A stretch of DNA of 58,650 bases from an uncultured Clostridium sp. (GCA_948468505.1 CAOKJE010000002.1:1-58650), one strand, 5' to 3'. Positions 11,308 through 22,373 are shown, numbered from the stretch's first letter. Translations and numbers: made by a program. Notes: generated from the sequence alone by a model not told the origin.

Positions 11308-11355
11308 TTTTATTTCATTCCTATCTTAATATACTTAAACATAACTAGAATAGTT

Positions 11356-13485
11356 TTATTCTAAAGTTCGACCTTGCTCAAAAGCTACATTAATCATATA
11401 AGCATCATAAGGTGTTAATTCTCCGTCTCTATCAACATCTCCTATTTGTAATTCTTCTTCTGTTGCTATTTTCCCCTGTTCAAACATGACATTGATAATA
11501 TACGCATCATATGGTGTTACTTCTCCATCTTTGTCCATATCACCTAATAAATAAGTTGGTAAAATAGTTCCTTTTGATGTAACTTCACATGTTGTACTTA
11601 GTCCATTTGAAGATGTCGCTGTTATTGTTACTTTTCCACCTGAAATTTGAGTTATATTTCCATTTTGATCAACTGCCACTATTTTTTCATTACTAGATTT
11701 CCATGTTATATTAGGACTATCCGTTGTATCTGTTGGTACTATTGTTGCAGTAAGTTTTGCAGTTCCGCCCTCTTCAAGGGTCAATTCATTTTTATTAAGT
11801 GTAATTCTTTGTATTGGATTATACTTTCCTGGTGTAAATATTCCATAAGCAAATATATCATTTATTAATGCTTTATCCAATGCCGTTACTTTTCCATCGC
11901 CATCTAAATCTCCTAGTGCTATTTCTTCTTGTGTAAGATCCATTCGATTGTACCAACTACCTACAATTGCTGCATCATTTGCATTAATAACTCCATTTCT
12001 ATCTAAATCTCCTGGATATGCTTTGCTGCCATCACTTAACTTACGTAGCATACATACATAAATCCAACACCTTGTTGTTCCATAATCTTTTGTTGTTGCC
12101 GTAATATAGGTAAATCCTCCACTTTTGGGTGTTACTTTTCCATTAACATCAACTGTTGCAATCTGTTCATTTGTTGAACTCCACTGGATAGCATCACCTG
12201 ATAAATAGGTATCTTTTAATGTTACTGTTTCACTTAAATTATTAAGTTTATATTCATTGTAATTTAATTGTATTTTATATCCATCTGGTATAGGGTTTTC
12301 AACATTAATCTGATAAGTAGCACTGAATTCTCCTATCTTTGCTGTAAGAGTTGCAGTACCTGGATTTTTAGCTGTTATTGTCCCATTTCTATCCACTGTA
12401 AATATATTAGTATTTGAACTTTCCCAAGTTAAATCAGAAAGAGCAATGTTGGTTGTATAAGCTGTTGCGTTAGGTCCTGTATTTTTATTTCTTACTGATG
12501 TTGGAGTTAAAGTTTCTCCAATAGATAAAGTGTTAGTTTCGTTTAGTCCTCTAATATCTGGATTGATATAGCCTTTATCTGTTGCAACTTGCACTGTATT
12601 ATTTACATCTCTTGTTCCTGATAATATATTTGTATCTTGTGTTTCTCCTCTTGAAAACACTTGTACCCAATAATGTGCTCCATTTTTACTATTATAATAA
12701 CATCCAATTCCTATCGATTTATGTGCGCTTTTTACAATTTGCGCTTTGTGACCTGGTGAATTCATCCATCTTTCCATAATTCTAGTTGCAGAAGTAGCAC
12801 CTAATCCTATATTTTCACCGTTTATTTTAGAGCATACACTAAAACAAGAAAGACCATTTGGTCTAATATGATCCCAATAAATTGAAGTTTCTGCTGCTCT
12901 TAGCATAGCTGCTTCCATTAATTCGTTATCTAACTCCAATGGTTCTAAATTTAACTTTGTCCTTTCTTCATTTACTAAATTAAAAACATCCTTTGCTTTA
13001 TCATAATTATAAGTACCACTTATATTAACATTTGCAATTCTTTGATAATCATTACTACTTAATTTAGTAAGAGTAGAAGGTATTGTATAATTAGTAAGAT
13101 TTGGACAACGTTCATAAAAAATGTTGCTTACAAAATTTAATGTAGATGGCAATTTAACAGTTGTTAAATTCGAACATGAATCAAATGCATAAGCATTAAT
13201 TTTTAACAATCCTTCTGGTAAATTAACAGTCCTAACTGTAGAATTATTGTAAAAAGCATTCATTCCTAACGTACTTACTTTTTTCCCATCAATTGTAGTA
13301 GGTACAGTAACAGTTTGTTCTGTCCCACTATATCCTACAATACTTATGGTTCCATCTAATAAATTGTCATAAGTATAACTACCACTTACAGTAGAAGCCC
13401 ATACTTGCGCCATTGTGCATATTTGGTACAATACTATAATGGCAAAAATCACTACTATCATTTCTTTTTTCAAAATCCTTTTCAT
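11356..13485 (-). CDS. multidomain secreted protein: BspA-type LRR, CAP/SCP (YkwD-like) domain, Big_2-like Ig domains, one internal and one C-terminal dockerin
   Basis: 709-aa ORF. CAP-like motifs MNSPGHKAQIV and HYWVQVFS. Big_2-like segments WESSNTNIFTVDRNGTITAKNPGTATLTA, WSSTNEQIATVDVNGKVTP and WKSSNEKIVAVDQNGNIT. Internal dockerin GDLDRNGVINANDAA...GDLDGDGKVTALDKALI. Terminal dockerin GDMDKDGEVTPYDAY...GDVDRDGELTPYDAY. Confidence 0.8.
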   Translation of the reverse strand: MKRILKKEMIVVIFAIIVLYQICTMAQVWASTVSGSYTYDNLLDGTISIVGYSGTEQTVTVPTTIDGKKVSTLGMNAFYNNSTVRTVNLPEGLLKINAYAFDSCSNLTTVKLPSTLNFVSNIFYERCPNLTNYTIPSTLTKLSSNDYQRIANVNISGTYNYDKAKDVFNLVNEERTKLNLEPLELDNELMEAAMLRAAETSIYWDHIRPNGLSCFSVCSKINGENIGLGATSATRIMERWMNSPGHKAQIVKSAHKSIGIGCYYNSKNGAHYWVQVFSRGETQDTNILSGTRDVNNTVQVATDKGYINPDIRGLNETNTLSIGETLTPTSVRNKNTGPNATAYTTNIALSDLTWESSNTNIFTVDRNGTITAKNPGTATLTAKIGEFSATYQINVENPIPDGYKIQLNYNEYKLNNLSETVTLKDTYLSGDAIQWSSTNEQIATVDVNGKVTPKSGGFTYITATTKDYGTTRCWIYVCMLRKLSDGSKAYPGDLDRNGVINANDAAIVGSWYNRMDLTQEEIALGDLDGDGKVTALDKALINDIFAYGIFTPGKYNPIQRITLNKNELTLEEGGTAKLTATIVPTDTTDSPNITWKSSNEKIVAVDQNGNITQISGGKVTITATSSNGLSTTCEVTSKGTILPTYLLGDMDKDGEVTPYDAYIINVMFEQGKIATEEELQIGDVDRDGELTPYDAYMINVAFEQGRTLE

Positions 13486-13588
13486 TATATCTCCCCTTTT
13501 TTAACTAATAAATTTTATTCCTAATTGCTCTCATTATATCAAATAAATTTAAAATTGTATATTTTTTATTTATGATTATATTGTTGTT

Positions 13589-14404
13589 TTAGTTTTTAAT
13601 CAGTCTCTTTATTTGTGCAACTAGCTCATCCATTGAATAATTTTTAAGATTCATTTCAATCCCTTCTTGTCTTAGCTTTTCAACTATCTCTATTACAAGA
13701 GGCAGTTTAATATCATACTGTCTAAATACTTCTATTTTTTCTAGGATTTCTTCTTTTCTTATTTCTTCTACCATTTCTCCTTCATGCAATAGAATAATTC
13801 TATCTGCTAGCAACATTTCCTCTGCCATATTGGTAATATAAATAATAGTATAACCCTCTTTTTTTAAGTTTTCTACAATATGATAAATTTCCTCTTTTCC
13901 CTTACTATCAATCATAGTAGTTGGCTCGTCAAATACGATATATTGGGGTTGTTTAGCAAGTACTTCACCAATGACAATTCTTTGTTTTTGTCCTAAGGAT
14001 AATTCATATAGGTCTTCTTCCTTTTTATCCTTCATATTTACCTTTTCTAAAGAATCATTAACACGTTTTTCGATTTCTTCTTGCGTTAAACCTTTTAAAG
14101 CAAAAGACACTTCGTCGCAAATATTGTTAAATATAATTTGATTTTCTGGATTTTGAAATACGATGCCAATTTTTTTTCGTAATTCCTCTTTGTTTTTGGA
14201 TTTTCCTACCTCTAAGTTATCAATTAGAATTTTTCCTTCTTTTGGTTTCAGGATACCAGAAATCAACTTTCCCAAAGTCGATTTACCAGACCCATTTTTT
14301 CCCATAATAACAATAGTCTCTTTGTCTTTGACATCAAGACTAATGTTCTTTAAGATATTCTTTCCTCTTTTGTATTGGTATGTTACATTTTCTATTTTAA
14401 TCAT
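13589..14404 (-). CDS. ECF-type (CbiO family) ABC transporter ATP-binding protein
   Basis: 271 aa. Walker A GKNGSGKST, signature LSLGQKQR, Walker B IVFDEPT. Overlaps the upstream S-component gene by 8 nt. Confidence 0.85.
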   Translation of the reverse strand: MIKIENVTYQYKRGKNILKNISLDVKDKETIVIMGKNGSGKSTLGKLISGILKPKEGKILIDNLEVGKSKNKEELRKKIGIVFQNPENQIIFNNICDEVSFALKGLTQEEIEKRVNDSLEKVNMKDKKEEDLYELSLGQKQRIVIGEVLAKQPQYIVFDEPTTMIDSKGKEEIYHIVENLKKEGYTIIYITNMAEEMLLADRIILLHEGEMVEEIRKEEILEKIEVFRQYDIKLPLVIEIVEKLRQEGIEMNLKNYSMDELVAQIKRLIKN

Positions 14405-14933
14405 TTTCGCCTCTCAAATATTTGTTAAATGGTTTTCTTAATATCTTTTCTAAAAATGCCATCATTATGACTTTAATTGGCACCATAACTAATTCTTTTG
14501 TAAGCCTAGAAGCTAGTAATACGAAAAATGCTTTTCCTGTTGTAATTTTTAGCCACAAGGTGTTTAAGCCTATATTACAGATTACAGTAACCAAACAAAC
14601 TGCTAAAATTAGTCTTACAATAAATTGTTTATTCGTATAGGTATCTTCTTGTTTTTTATATAACAAAAATCCATAAATTGCTGCTGCAACAGCTGTAGTA
14701 ATCGTGTATCCTATAAAGAAAGAGCCAAATGGAAATAAGGTAGCACCAATTAAATCGCTTAAAATGCTAATTAATATTGTCCATTTAGGACCAAGCCATA
14801 TGGCACAAAGAATCGTTGGTACAAAAGAAAAACTAATTGTTACGATTGGTGTTTTAATTGATAAAAACCTAGATAATACAATGGATGATGCTAGCAGTAA
14901 AGCTGCTAAGATAATTTTTTTCATTTTAGACAT
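14397..14933 (-). CDS. folT: ECF transporter substrate-specific (S) component, folate (FolT)-like
   Basis: 178-aa polytopic membrane protein. N-terminal pattern ...SIVLSRFLSIKTP... resembles FolT-family S components. Adjacent to an ECF ATPase gene. Confidence 0.5.
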   Translation of the reverse strand: MSKMKKIILAALLLASSIVLSRFLSIKTPIVTISFSFVPTILCAIWLGPKWTILISILSDLIGATLFPFGSFFIGYTITTAVAAAIYGFLLYKKQEDTYTNKQFIVRLILAVCLVTVICNIGLNTLWLKITTGKAFFVLLASRLTKELVMVPIKVIMMAFLEKILRKPFNKYLRGEND

Positions 14934-14962
14934 TTTACTTCATTCCTTTTCCTTAACATTAT

Positions 14963-17579
14963 TTATTTCATTTTTTCCTTCATTCTAACTAGCGTATTAA
15001 GTGCATCAATTGGCGTAAGTTCGTCCAAGTTAATCTTATCTACTTCATGAGCAATTTCGGCTAATTTATAATTATACATGTCAAACTGCCCTTGCACTTG
15101 TTTTTTATCTTGTTTTTCTTGCTTTTGACCAGTTAAAATATTTTTTCTTTCCAAAGAGCGCAAAATCTCGTCTGCTTTTTTCGTTACCATTTTAGGAACA
15201 CCTGCTAAGCGTGCTACGTGGATTCCATAACTTTCGTCTGTTCCACCTCTTACAATTTTTCGTAAGAAAATGATGTCTTCTCCTTTTTCCTTGACAGCAA
15301 TAGAATAGTTTTTAATTCCTTCTAATTTTTCCTCTAATTCTGTTAATTCATGATAATGGGTTGCAAATAATGTTTTTGCACCACACTTTTCTTGATCTGC
15401 AATAAATTCAGCAACTGCCCATGCAATGGATAAACCGTCATAGGTAGAAGTTCCCCTTCCAATTTCGTCTAAAATGACTAAACTATTATTAGTTGCTTCT
15501 TTTAGAATGGTTGCTACCTCCATCATTTCCACCATAAAAGTACTTTGTCCCATACTCAGGTCATCCGAAGCTCCTACTCTTGTAAAGATTTTGTCTACGA
15601 CACCAATTTGGGCAGCTTCTGCTGGTACAAAACTTCCGCACTTGTGCCATTAAAGTAATTAAAGCAACTTGCCTCATATAGGTAGATTTTCCTGCCATGT
15701 TAGGTCCTGTAATAATGGATAATCGATTGTCTTGTTTGTCTAAATACGTATCGTTTTCAACAAAACTTCCTGGTCCTAAGATTTTTTCAATCACAGGATG
15801 TCTTCCGTTTTTGATGTCAATGGTTCCTGTGCTATTAACCTCTGGCATGCAATAATTCATATCTTCTGCCACTTCTGCAAAAGAGGTTAAGACGTCTAAA
15901 CTGGAAATGACTTCGCTGGTTTTTTGCAATCTTTTAACATTTTTGGCAATTTCGTCGCGAATAGCAACAAAAGCATCATATTCTAAGGTTACTACTTTTT
16001 CTTCTGCTCCTAAAATTTGATTTTCCAAGTTTTTTAGTTCTTCTGTAATATATCTTTCTGCATTGGCTAAAGTTTGTTTTCTAACAAATCGTTCTGGGAC
16101 TTGGCTTAAATACGATTTGGTTACTTCAATAAAATAGCCAAATACTTTATTGAATCCAATTTTTAGATTTTTGATGCCTGTTTTTTCTCTTTCGTCTAAT
16201 TCTAATTGAACTAGCCAGTTTTTTCCTTCTGTTTGTGCGGTTTTTAAGGTGTCTATTTCCTCGTTATATCCTAATTTAATAATACCACCATCTTTGATGG
16301 TCATTGGTGGGTCATCGATAATGGCTCCATCGATTAATTGATAAATGTCTTGTAACTCGTCTAGATTTTCAGCTAAGTCTTTCAGTAATCTACTCTTACA
16401 GCCACTTAAAACTCTTTTTACTTCTGGCAATTTTAGTAATGAATTTTTTAATGTTACCATGTCTCTTGCATTGGCATTTCCATAAGCCATTTTGCCAGCT
16501 AGACGTTCAATGTCATATACTTTTTTTAGATTGTCAATAACATCCCCTCGAAGCATCACATTATCTTTTAATTCTTTTACCGCCTCTAGCCTTTGGTTAA
16601 TTTCTACAACATCTACTAAAGGGTCATTTAACCATCTTCGCAAGAGCCTTCCTCCCATTGAAGTTGAGGTTTTATCTAATACCCATAGTAAGGTTCCTTT
16701 TTTGGATTTATCTCTTAGTTTTTCGGTAATTTCTAGGTTTCTTCTAGCGTTAATGTCTAATGCCATATACCTAGATAATTGATAAACTACAATTTTGTTA
16801 AGGTGATTTAAAGTGGTTTTTTGGGTTTGTTCTAAGTATTCTATTAAGGCATGTGTAGAACTAATAGCTAACGTTTTTTCCTGAAAATTTTCTATCGGTT
16901 GACGATTGTTATTTACGATACTAAAACGCAACTCTAAATTTTCTACCTCACTCTTAAAAAATTTATCGTTAAAGTTTGTGATATAGATATTTTCGAATCT
17001 TTCTTTGATTTTGCTAATTTCTTCTGTACAGTCTGCCATCATAGAATTTACAACTAATTCTGCTGGTGCATATCTTGCAATTTCGTCTAATAACATAGGA
17101 AAATTATTGTTATCTTTGATTTCTGCTGCATAAAATTCTCCTGTTGAAATGTCGCAAACACTGATTCCAAAGTAAATTCCAGTTTTAAAGATAGACATGA
17201 TGTAGTTGTTTTTTCTTTCTTCTAGCATGTTGCTTTCTACTACGGTTCCTGGCGTTACGACTTTGATAACTCCTCTTTTTACAATTCCTTTTGTGTTTTT
17301 GGGGTCTTCTAGCTGCTCACAGATGGCTACTTTGTAGCCTTTGTTTACCAATTTGGCGATGTACATTTCGGCTGCATGGTGTGGCACTCCTGCCATGGGT
17401 GCTCTTTCAGCTTGTCCACAGTCTTTTCCGGTTAGTGTTATTTCTAGTTCTCTTGCCACTAATATAGCATCATCAAAGAACATTTCATAAAAGTCTCCTA
17501 ATCTATAAAATAGGATACAGTCCTTGTATTCTTCTTTGGTTTCAAGATATTTTTGCATCATTGGTGAGTATTCCGCCAT
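14963..17579 (-). CDS. mutS: DNA mismatch repair protein MutS (single gene if CGG at 15636..15638 is decoded as a +1 shift)
   Basis: ORFs 15561..17579 and 14963..15553 join as ...[45 protein letters not shown]... when the C of gtg CGG aag is skipped. Walker [10 protein letters not shown] is present. Confidence 0.93.
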
Positions 17580-18985
17580 TTACATTTCTCCTTTCAAATA
17601 CCACATATGTTGGGAAACAATTTTTAGTTCAATTATTTTTCCAATTAACTCTGGACTTCCCTCAAAAACAACCACCTTATTGCTATCGGTTCTGCCGTGT
17701 TAATAAGTCTTTATTATTTTTGCTTTCTCCTTCGACCAAAACCGTTTGATAGGTTCCTATATATTTTTGATTATTTTCTTCAATTTGGCTTTCTACTAAA
17801 GCTTTTAATTTATCAAATCTTTTATGCTTTTGTTCTTCTGGGATTTGGTTTTGCATTTTATCTCCAGGCGTTCCTACTCTTCTTGAATAGATAAACATAT
17901 AAACCTGTTCAAACTTCACTTTTCTTACCACATCTAAAGTATCTTGAAATTCTTCATCAGTTTCTCCAGGAAACCCTACAATAATATCAGTTGATAATGT
18001 TAGGTTGGGAATTTTCGCCTTCATTTTATCGACTAATTCTAAATATTGCTCTTTGGTGTATTTTCGGTTCATTTCTTTCAAGACCTTACTATTTCCAGAT
18101 TGTAATGGCAAATGTATTAATTTACATACCTTGTCACAAGTTGCAATTGCCTCTATGACATCGTCTGTAAAGTCTTTTGGATGTGGCGATACAAAACGAA
18201 TTCTTCCAATTCCTTCAATTTTATTGATGGCTTTTAATAATGTTGCAAAAGAATGAACATCTTCGTACTCTTCAAATGAAATATTTTTTTCTTGTTCTAC
18301 CCTTAAATAAGAATTAACATTTTGACCAAGTAAGGTAATTTCCTTGTAACCTTTTTTGGCTAAATCTCGAACCTCTTCAATAATATCTTTTGGTTTTCTG
18401 CTTCTTTCACGTCCACGTACATAAGGGACAATACAATAGCTACAGAAATTATTACAGCCATTCATGATAGTAACAGAAGCTTTTATTTTACTATCTCTTT
18501 TGATTGGCAATCCCTCGTAGATTTCTCCATCAATATCGATAATGTCCTCTTGTTTTTTCTTTTCTTGCAATGCTTTATATAAATTTTCTGGAAATTTGTG
18601 CAAGGTATGGGTTCCAAATAAAATGTCAACAAAGGGATAGCTTTCTTTGATTTTATCGATAATGTGTTTTTCTTGCATCATACAGCCACCAATGGCAATG
18701 ATTAGCCCTTTTTCTTCTTTTCGTCTTTTTAGTTCTCCTAGTTTTCCGAAAAAGCCTATCTTCTGCATTTTCTCTTACGCAACAGGTATTAAAGACTGCT
18801 ATATCTGCTTCATTTTGATTGTTGGTTTCTTGATATCCCATTTGTTCTAGCATGCCACATAGTTTTTCAGAATCGTTTTCGTTTAGCTGGCACCCTAAGG
18901 TTTGTATGATATATTTTTTAACTTTATTTTGATTTTCTTGTTTTACTTTTTTTATATATTGTTTTTGGTTTTCTACCTCATTCAT
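17580..18985 (-). CDS. miaB: tRNA-i6A37 methylthiotransferase MiaB (two CGG +1 sites, 18746..18748 and 17695..17697)
   Basis: N-terminal NTCCVRENAEDRLF joins GKLGELKRRK after ttt CGG aaa. Radical-SAM CNNFCSYCIVP. After aca CGG cag the +1 frame gives a TRAM-like tail GRTDSNKVVVFEGSPELIGKIIELKIVSQHMWYLKGEM. Its stop abuts the mutS ATG. Confidence 0.9.
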
Positions 18986-19115
18986 ATGTTTTTTTGTTCT
19001 CCTTTTTTCTATTTTAAGAAAGGTTTTGTGCTTTGCTTAAAATCTTTTCTTATTTTATTACAAAATCCGCTTTTTTTCAAGCTATTTTTGCAATTCCAAT
19101 TATTTTTCGTTTTAA

Positions 19116-19144
19116 TTGACTTATGTAAAGTAATGTGATATAAT
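19116..19144 (+). promoter_or_regulatory. sigma-70-type promoter (TTGACT, 17 nt spacer, TATAAT)
   Basis: Perfect -35 TTGACT at 19116..19121 and -10 TATAAT at 19139..19144 with a 17-nt spacer. Lies in the divergent intergenic region upstream of the mini-ORF. Confidence 0.6.
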
Positions 19145-19194
19145 AGTATCACGCACAGATACAATTGCGCAAAAAATAAAGGAGGAAAAGGTTT

Positions 19195-19261
19195 ATGCAG
19201 AATTTATTTCGGCAACCCCGGTACCCATCTGGATTTACATGACATACTGATTTTTATATAG
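19195..19261 (+). CDS. candidate leader mini-ORF carrying two CGG codons (0-frame MQNLFRQPRYPSGFT; with +1 at the first CGG MQNLFGNPGTHLDLHDILIFI)
   Basis: GGAGG at 19181..19185, 9 nt before ATG 19195. CGG at 19210..19212 and 19219..19221. 0-frame stop at 19240..19242, +1-frame stop at 19259..19261. An intrinsic terminator follows. Confidence 0.35.
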
Positions 19262-19309
19262 TATGATGCATCTTGTAAATCTAGTTATACTGGTTTCAGC
19301 CTTTCCTGT

Positions 19310-19346
19310 AGGGCAGTTCTTACCTAGAGCTGCCCTTTTCTTTTTA
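19310..19346 (+). terminator. intrinsic terminator hairpin plus T-tract
   Basis: GGGCAGTTCT / AGAGCTGCCC 10-bp stem with a 5-nt loop, followed by TTTTCTTTTT. Confidence 0.6.
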
Positions 19347-19405
19347 TCTTTTTTGCTTGCACTTTTTTTATTTCATGATATAATTATCTTAGCAAGGAGG
19401 AAAAC

Positions 19406-20071
19406 ATGGGAAAATTTGATAATCTACAAAAAACAAAAACCAGTAAAAGAAAATACCAATACGACTACACCAAACTATATAAAAAAGGACGTTTTGCAAC
19501 TTCTGTTGATTATTCTTATTTTGAAAACCTTTATATTTTAGAATTATTAGACAAAAATCAAAAGAAAAAATTTAGTGAAGACCTACTAACTTTATGGGGT
19601 AAGTTAGACATGAAATCCTACATTGACTATGATTTAGGAAACACCATCAACTTGTACTTTAATAACAGCTTTCAGCCTATCCCTGTAAAAGATTTAGCAG
19701 ATTACAATTATATGCATGAAGATAGCCGAAAAATGAGTTTGTTAGATATAAAATATATCAAAAAAATATCTTTAGAAACTATCAATTTACAAAACTTATA
19801 TTTAGCAACATTTGAAATTTTTGATATGGATAATACTTTTAGACCTTATGTTTTACTCTTCCAAAAAAACGAAAAAAATGACTTTGTTCAAATTGGTTAT
19901 GGCTACGATTCTAATAACAATGACAACATAGAATTATACCTTAATTCTTTTAATTACCCTATTTTTCTTTCACCAAAAGGTTCTTTGTTGTTACCTTTAA
20001 CTAATAAAAAAATAAAATTAGATGTGTATGACTATATTACAGATACTGATATTCAAAAAATACAAAAATGA
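19406..20071 (+). CDS. hypothetical protein
   Basis: 221-aa ORF with AGGAGG 6 nt upstream. No recognisable motif. Its stop codon lies inside the left arm of an inverted-repeat element. Confidence 0.55.
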   Translation: MGKFDNLQKTKTSKRKYQYDYTKLYKKGRFATSVDYSYFENLYILELLDKNQKKKFSEDLLTLWGKLDMKSYIDYDLGNTINLYFNNSFQPIPVKDLADYNYMHEDSRKMSLLDIKYIKKISLETINLQNLYLATFEIFDMDNTFRPYVLLFQKNEKNDFVQIGYGYDSNNNDNIELYLNSFNYPIFLSPKGSLLLPLTNKKIKLDVYDYITDTDIQKIQK

Positions 20072-20186
20072 TTTTGGGGACGGAGGAAAAAATCATGGTC
20101 AAATAATTTTACTTTTTAATATTCAGCTTTTACATTATAAAGCCATGATTTTTTCCTCCGTCCCCAAAATCATCCCCAAAATCATG
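20068..20186. repeat. inverted-repeat element, copy 1 (arms about 31 bp, ATGATTTTGGGGACGGAGGAAAAAATCATGG)
   Basis: Left arm 20068..20098 is the perfect reverse complement of right arm 20143..20173, with a 44-nt AT-rich loop. A partial extra half-repeat CCCCAAAATCATG follows. Confidence 0.85.
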
Positions 20187-20230
20187 TAAGGGCTGGTTTT
20201 AGAACTTCAGCCCTTCTTGTTCTTGCTTTC

Positions 20231-20431
20231 TTAGGCAAGCCCATATTTTTTCTTAAATTTGTCTGCTCTACCACCAACTGTTTCTTGTCTTAGGTTACCT
20301 GTCCAGTATGGATGACATTTTGAGCATACGTCTACTTTTAAATCTTTTTTTGTTGAACCAACTTCTAAAACATTACCACATGCACATGTGATGGTTGTTT
20401 GGTTATAATTTGGATGGATTCCTTCTTTCAT
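20231..20431 (-). CDS. rpmE: 50S ribosomal protein L31
   Basis: 66 aa. MKEGIHPNY...CxC...[10 protein letters not shown] Zn-ribbon pattern typical of L31. Confidence 0.93.
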   Translation of the reverse strand: MKEGIHPNYNQTTITCACGNVLEVGSTKKDLKVDVCSKCHPYWTGNLRQETVGGRADKFKKKYGLA

Positions 20432-20770
20432 TTTGTTTTGTTCACCTCTTTTTCTTGTTAAAAATAATTTGACTGTTTTTTATGATAACATATTTTTTTC
20501 AAATTTTCAAGTATTATTTTTGATTTTCTTGTTTTTCTTGTTCTTCATACATGTATTCCGCTGAATAAAGCATTTCTTTGTTTAGTGAAAGCTTGTGAAT
20601 TAGTTTTCCCATCACATTGAAAATACAAGCGATGATTAATATTAACATTCCAATTCTTTTCCAGTTTCTTTTTAACATGTTTTTTCTCCTTTTTAAAATA
20701 ATACATATTAATTATACTGTTATTTTGGGAAATTGTCAATATTTTGTGAAAATCATTTTTTACAAAAAAC

Positions 20771-22154
20771 TCAGTCTTTCAAATAAAGTGAGGGTCTGAA
20801 GGAGTGGATGATGTTGGTGTCGGTCGTGCTGTTGTGGTAGCGGTAACTCGTGTAGTCTTCGCTGTTGTAGTAATAGCCTCCTCTAAGGCCACATGGACCG
20901 ATGGAATGGGTAGAGGTCTCTGTTGTCCATTCTATATTATTACTTGCCATGTCCCATATATTGCAGATTTTATCTTGCTGTGCTGTATTGCTTAAGTGAT
21001 TGGTTCCTTTTTCTGCAAAATTTGTATTAAGACTATTTTGCCATGAATATACTTTCGGCTTACTACTTCTATTATCAAATTCTTGTAAGAATAAAGTTGC
21101 AGTATCCCAAGCATAACTATTGATTAAGTCACTAGTAAAACTACTGGTATTACTATTATACATATTTCTACATTGCGTGGCTGCTTGTGGCTGGGTAATA
21201 TAATTGTATACATAGTCATTTGGCTTTACAGTTACTGCTGTTAATGCTGTACCACTACTTGTTCTTTTGGTCGCAGTTCTTGCTTCATATCTTCCAATAT
21301 AATAGCCTCCATTTTTCACCGCACTTGTTTTAAAAGCTTCTATATCTTTTGCTACTGTATTTCCATAATTTGACGTTGCTAATTCCTGAAAATAACTATT
21401 GATTACTTTCTCTCCTTGGGCTGTCGGAGCTCCATCTTCTGCAAAAGTGTATCGTTCCAAATTAATTGTCTTGGTTCCTCCTGAATATTTAACGTTTCCG
21501 ACAGGTATCCACACAAACTGACTTCCAGCTGTTTCTCCATAGATTACATCTTCGATTACGACTCCTCCTGTTACATCATTGGCAGAATCAGAGGCTATTT
21601 TAAATCCTTCTGGCACGACTACTTTATTTTCAAAAGTATCTTCTATGGTTGTTTTCGTATCAAATTTTTCTTTTTGCTTTGCTTCTTCTACTGTAGGTAA
21701 CTTTTCTGGCTCTGTTGGCTTTGGTCCTTCATTCTCTCCTTGTTTTGTTATCTCACCAGTTACTGTATCTACTATATATACATTTTTAGATTGATTAAAA
21801 GTTACCTCTATTTTGTTTTCTTCTCCTTCTTTGGTTTTAGCAGTTGCATTTGCATTTTGATTGTTCAGTTCTTCTTGCAATTTTGGGGCTGCTACTTCTT
21901 CTTTTTCTTCTTTATCCAATTTGTCTACTATTACGGCATTATAGGCTAATTTAATTTGTTCTTTTTCTTCCTCGATTGTTGTTACCGTTTTTGCATTGTC
22001 TGCTTTTCCGTAATATTCCATTTTCTCCTGTTAGGGTCGCAATACTTACAGCAGCCAAGATTAATAATACAATTATTGTGATGACTAATGCAATTAGGGT
22101 AATACCTTTGTTAGCTTCTTTTTTGTTTTTTCTTATGCTTGTTATATTTACCAT
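20771..22154 (-). CDS. pilin-like N-terminal anchor protein with C-terminal FGE-sulfatase (SUMF1)-like domain (CGG +1 site at 22008..22010)
   Basis: N-terminus MVNITSIRKNKKEANKGITLIALVITIIVLLILAAVSIATLTGENGIL joins GKADNAKTVTT... after tta CGG aaa. C-terminal motifs GGYYIGRYEA, NIWDMASNNIEWTTE, LRGGYY. Confidence 0.75.
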
Positions 22155-22373
22155 ACATATCCTCCTTTTTCTTTTGTCTTTTTTTCTTAGTTTTTTACTG
22201 TTATTATTTACTATTCTAACCAATAATATATTGAAATTATACTATAAGCATTTTTGTTTTGCAAGTATTTTTGGGTGCATTTTTCAAAACAAAAATTTAT
22301 TTGTTTCCATATAGAAAGATTTTTATTTAATAATTTTGGTATTTTTGGTTACACTACTTTTGGTGATTTAAAA

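Noticed and set aside
20545-20799. Small ORFs 20545..20739 (-) and 20617..20799 (+)
   Set aside because: They overlap each other in an AT-rich intergenic region, are low-complexity and have no recognisable RBS or motif. They are likely spurious.
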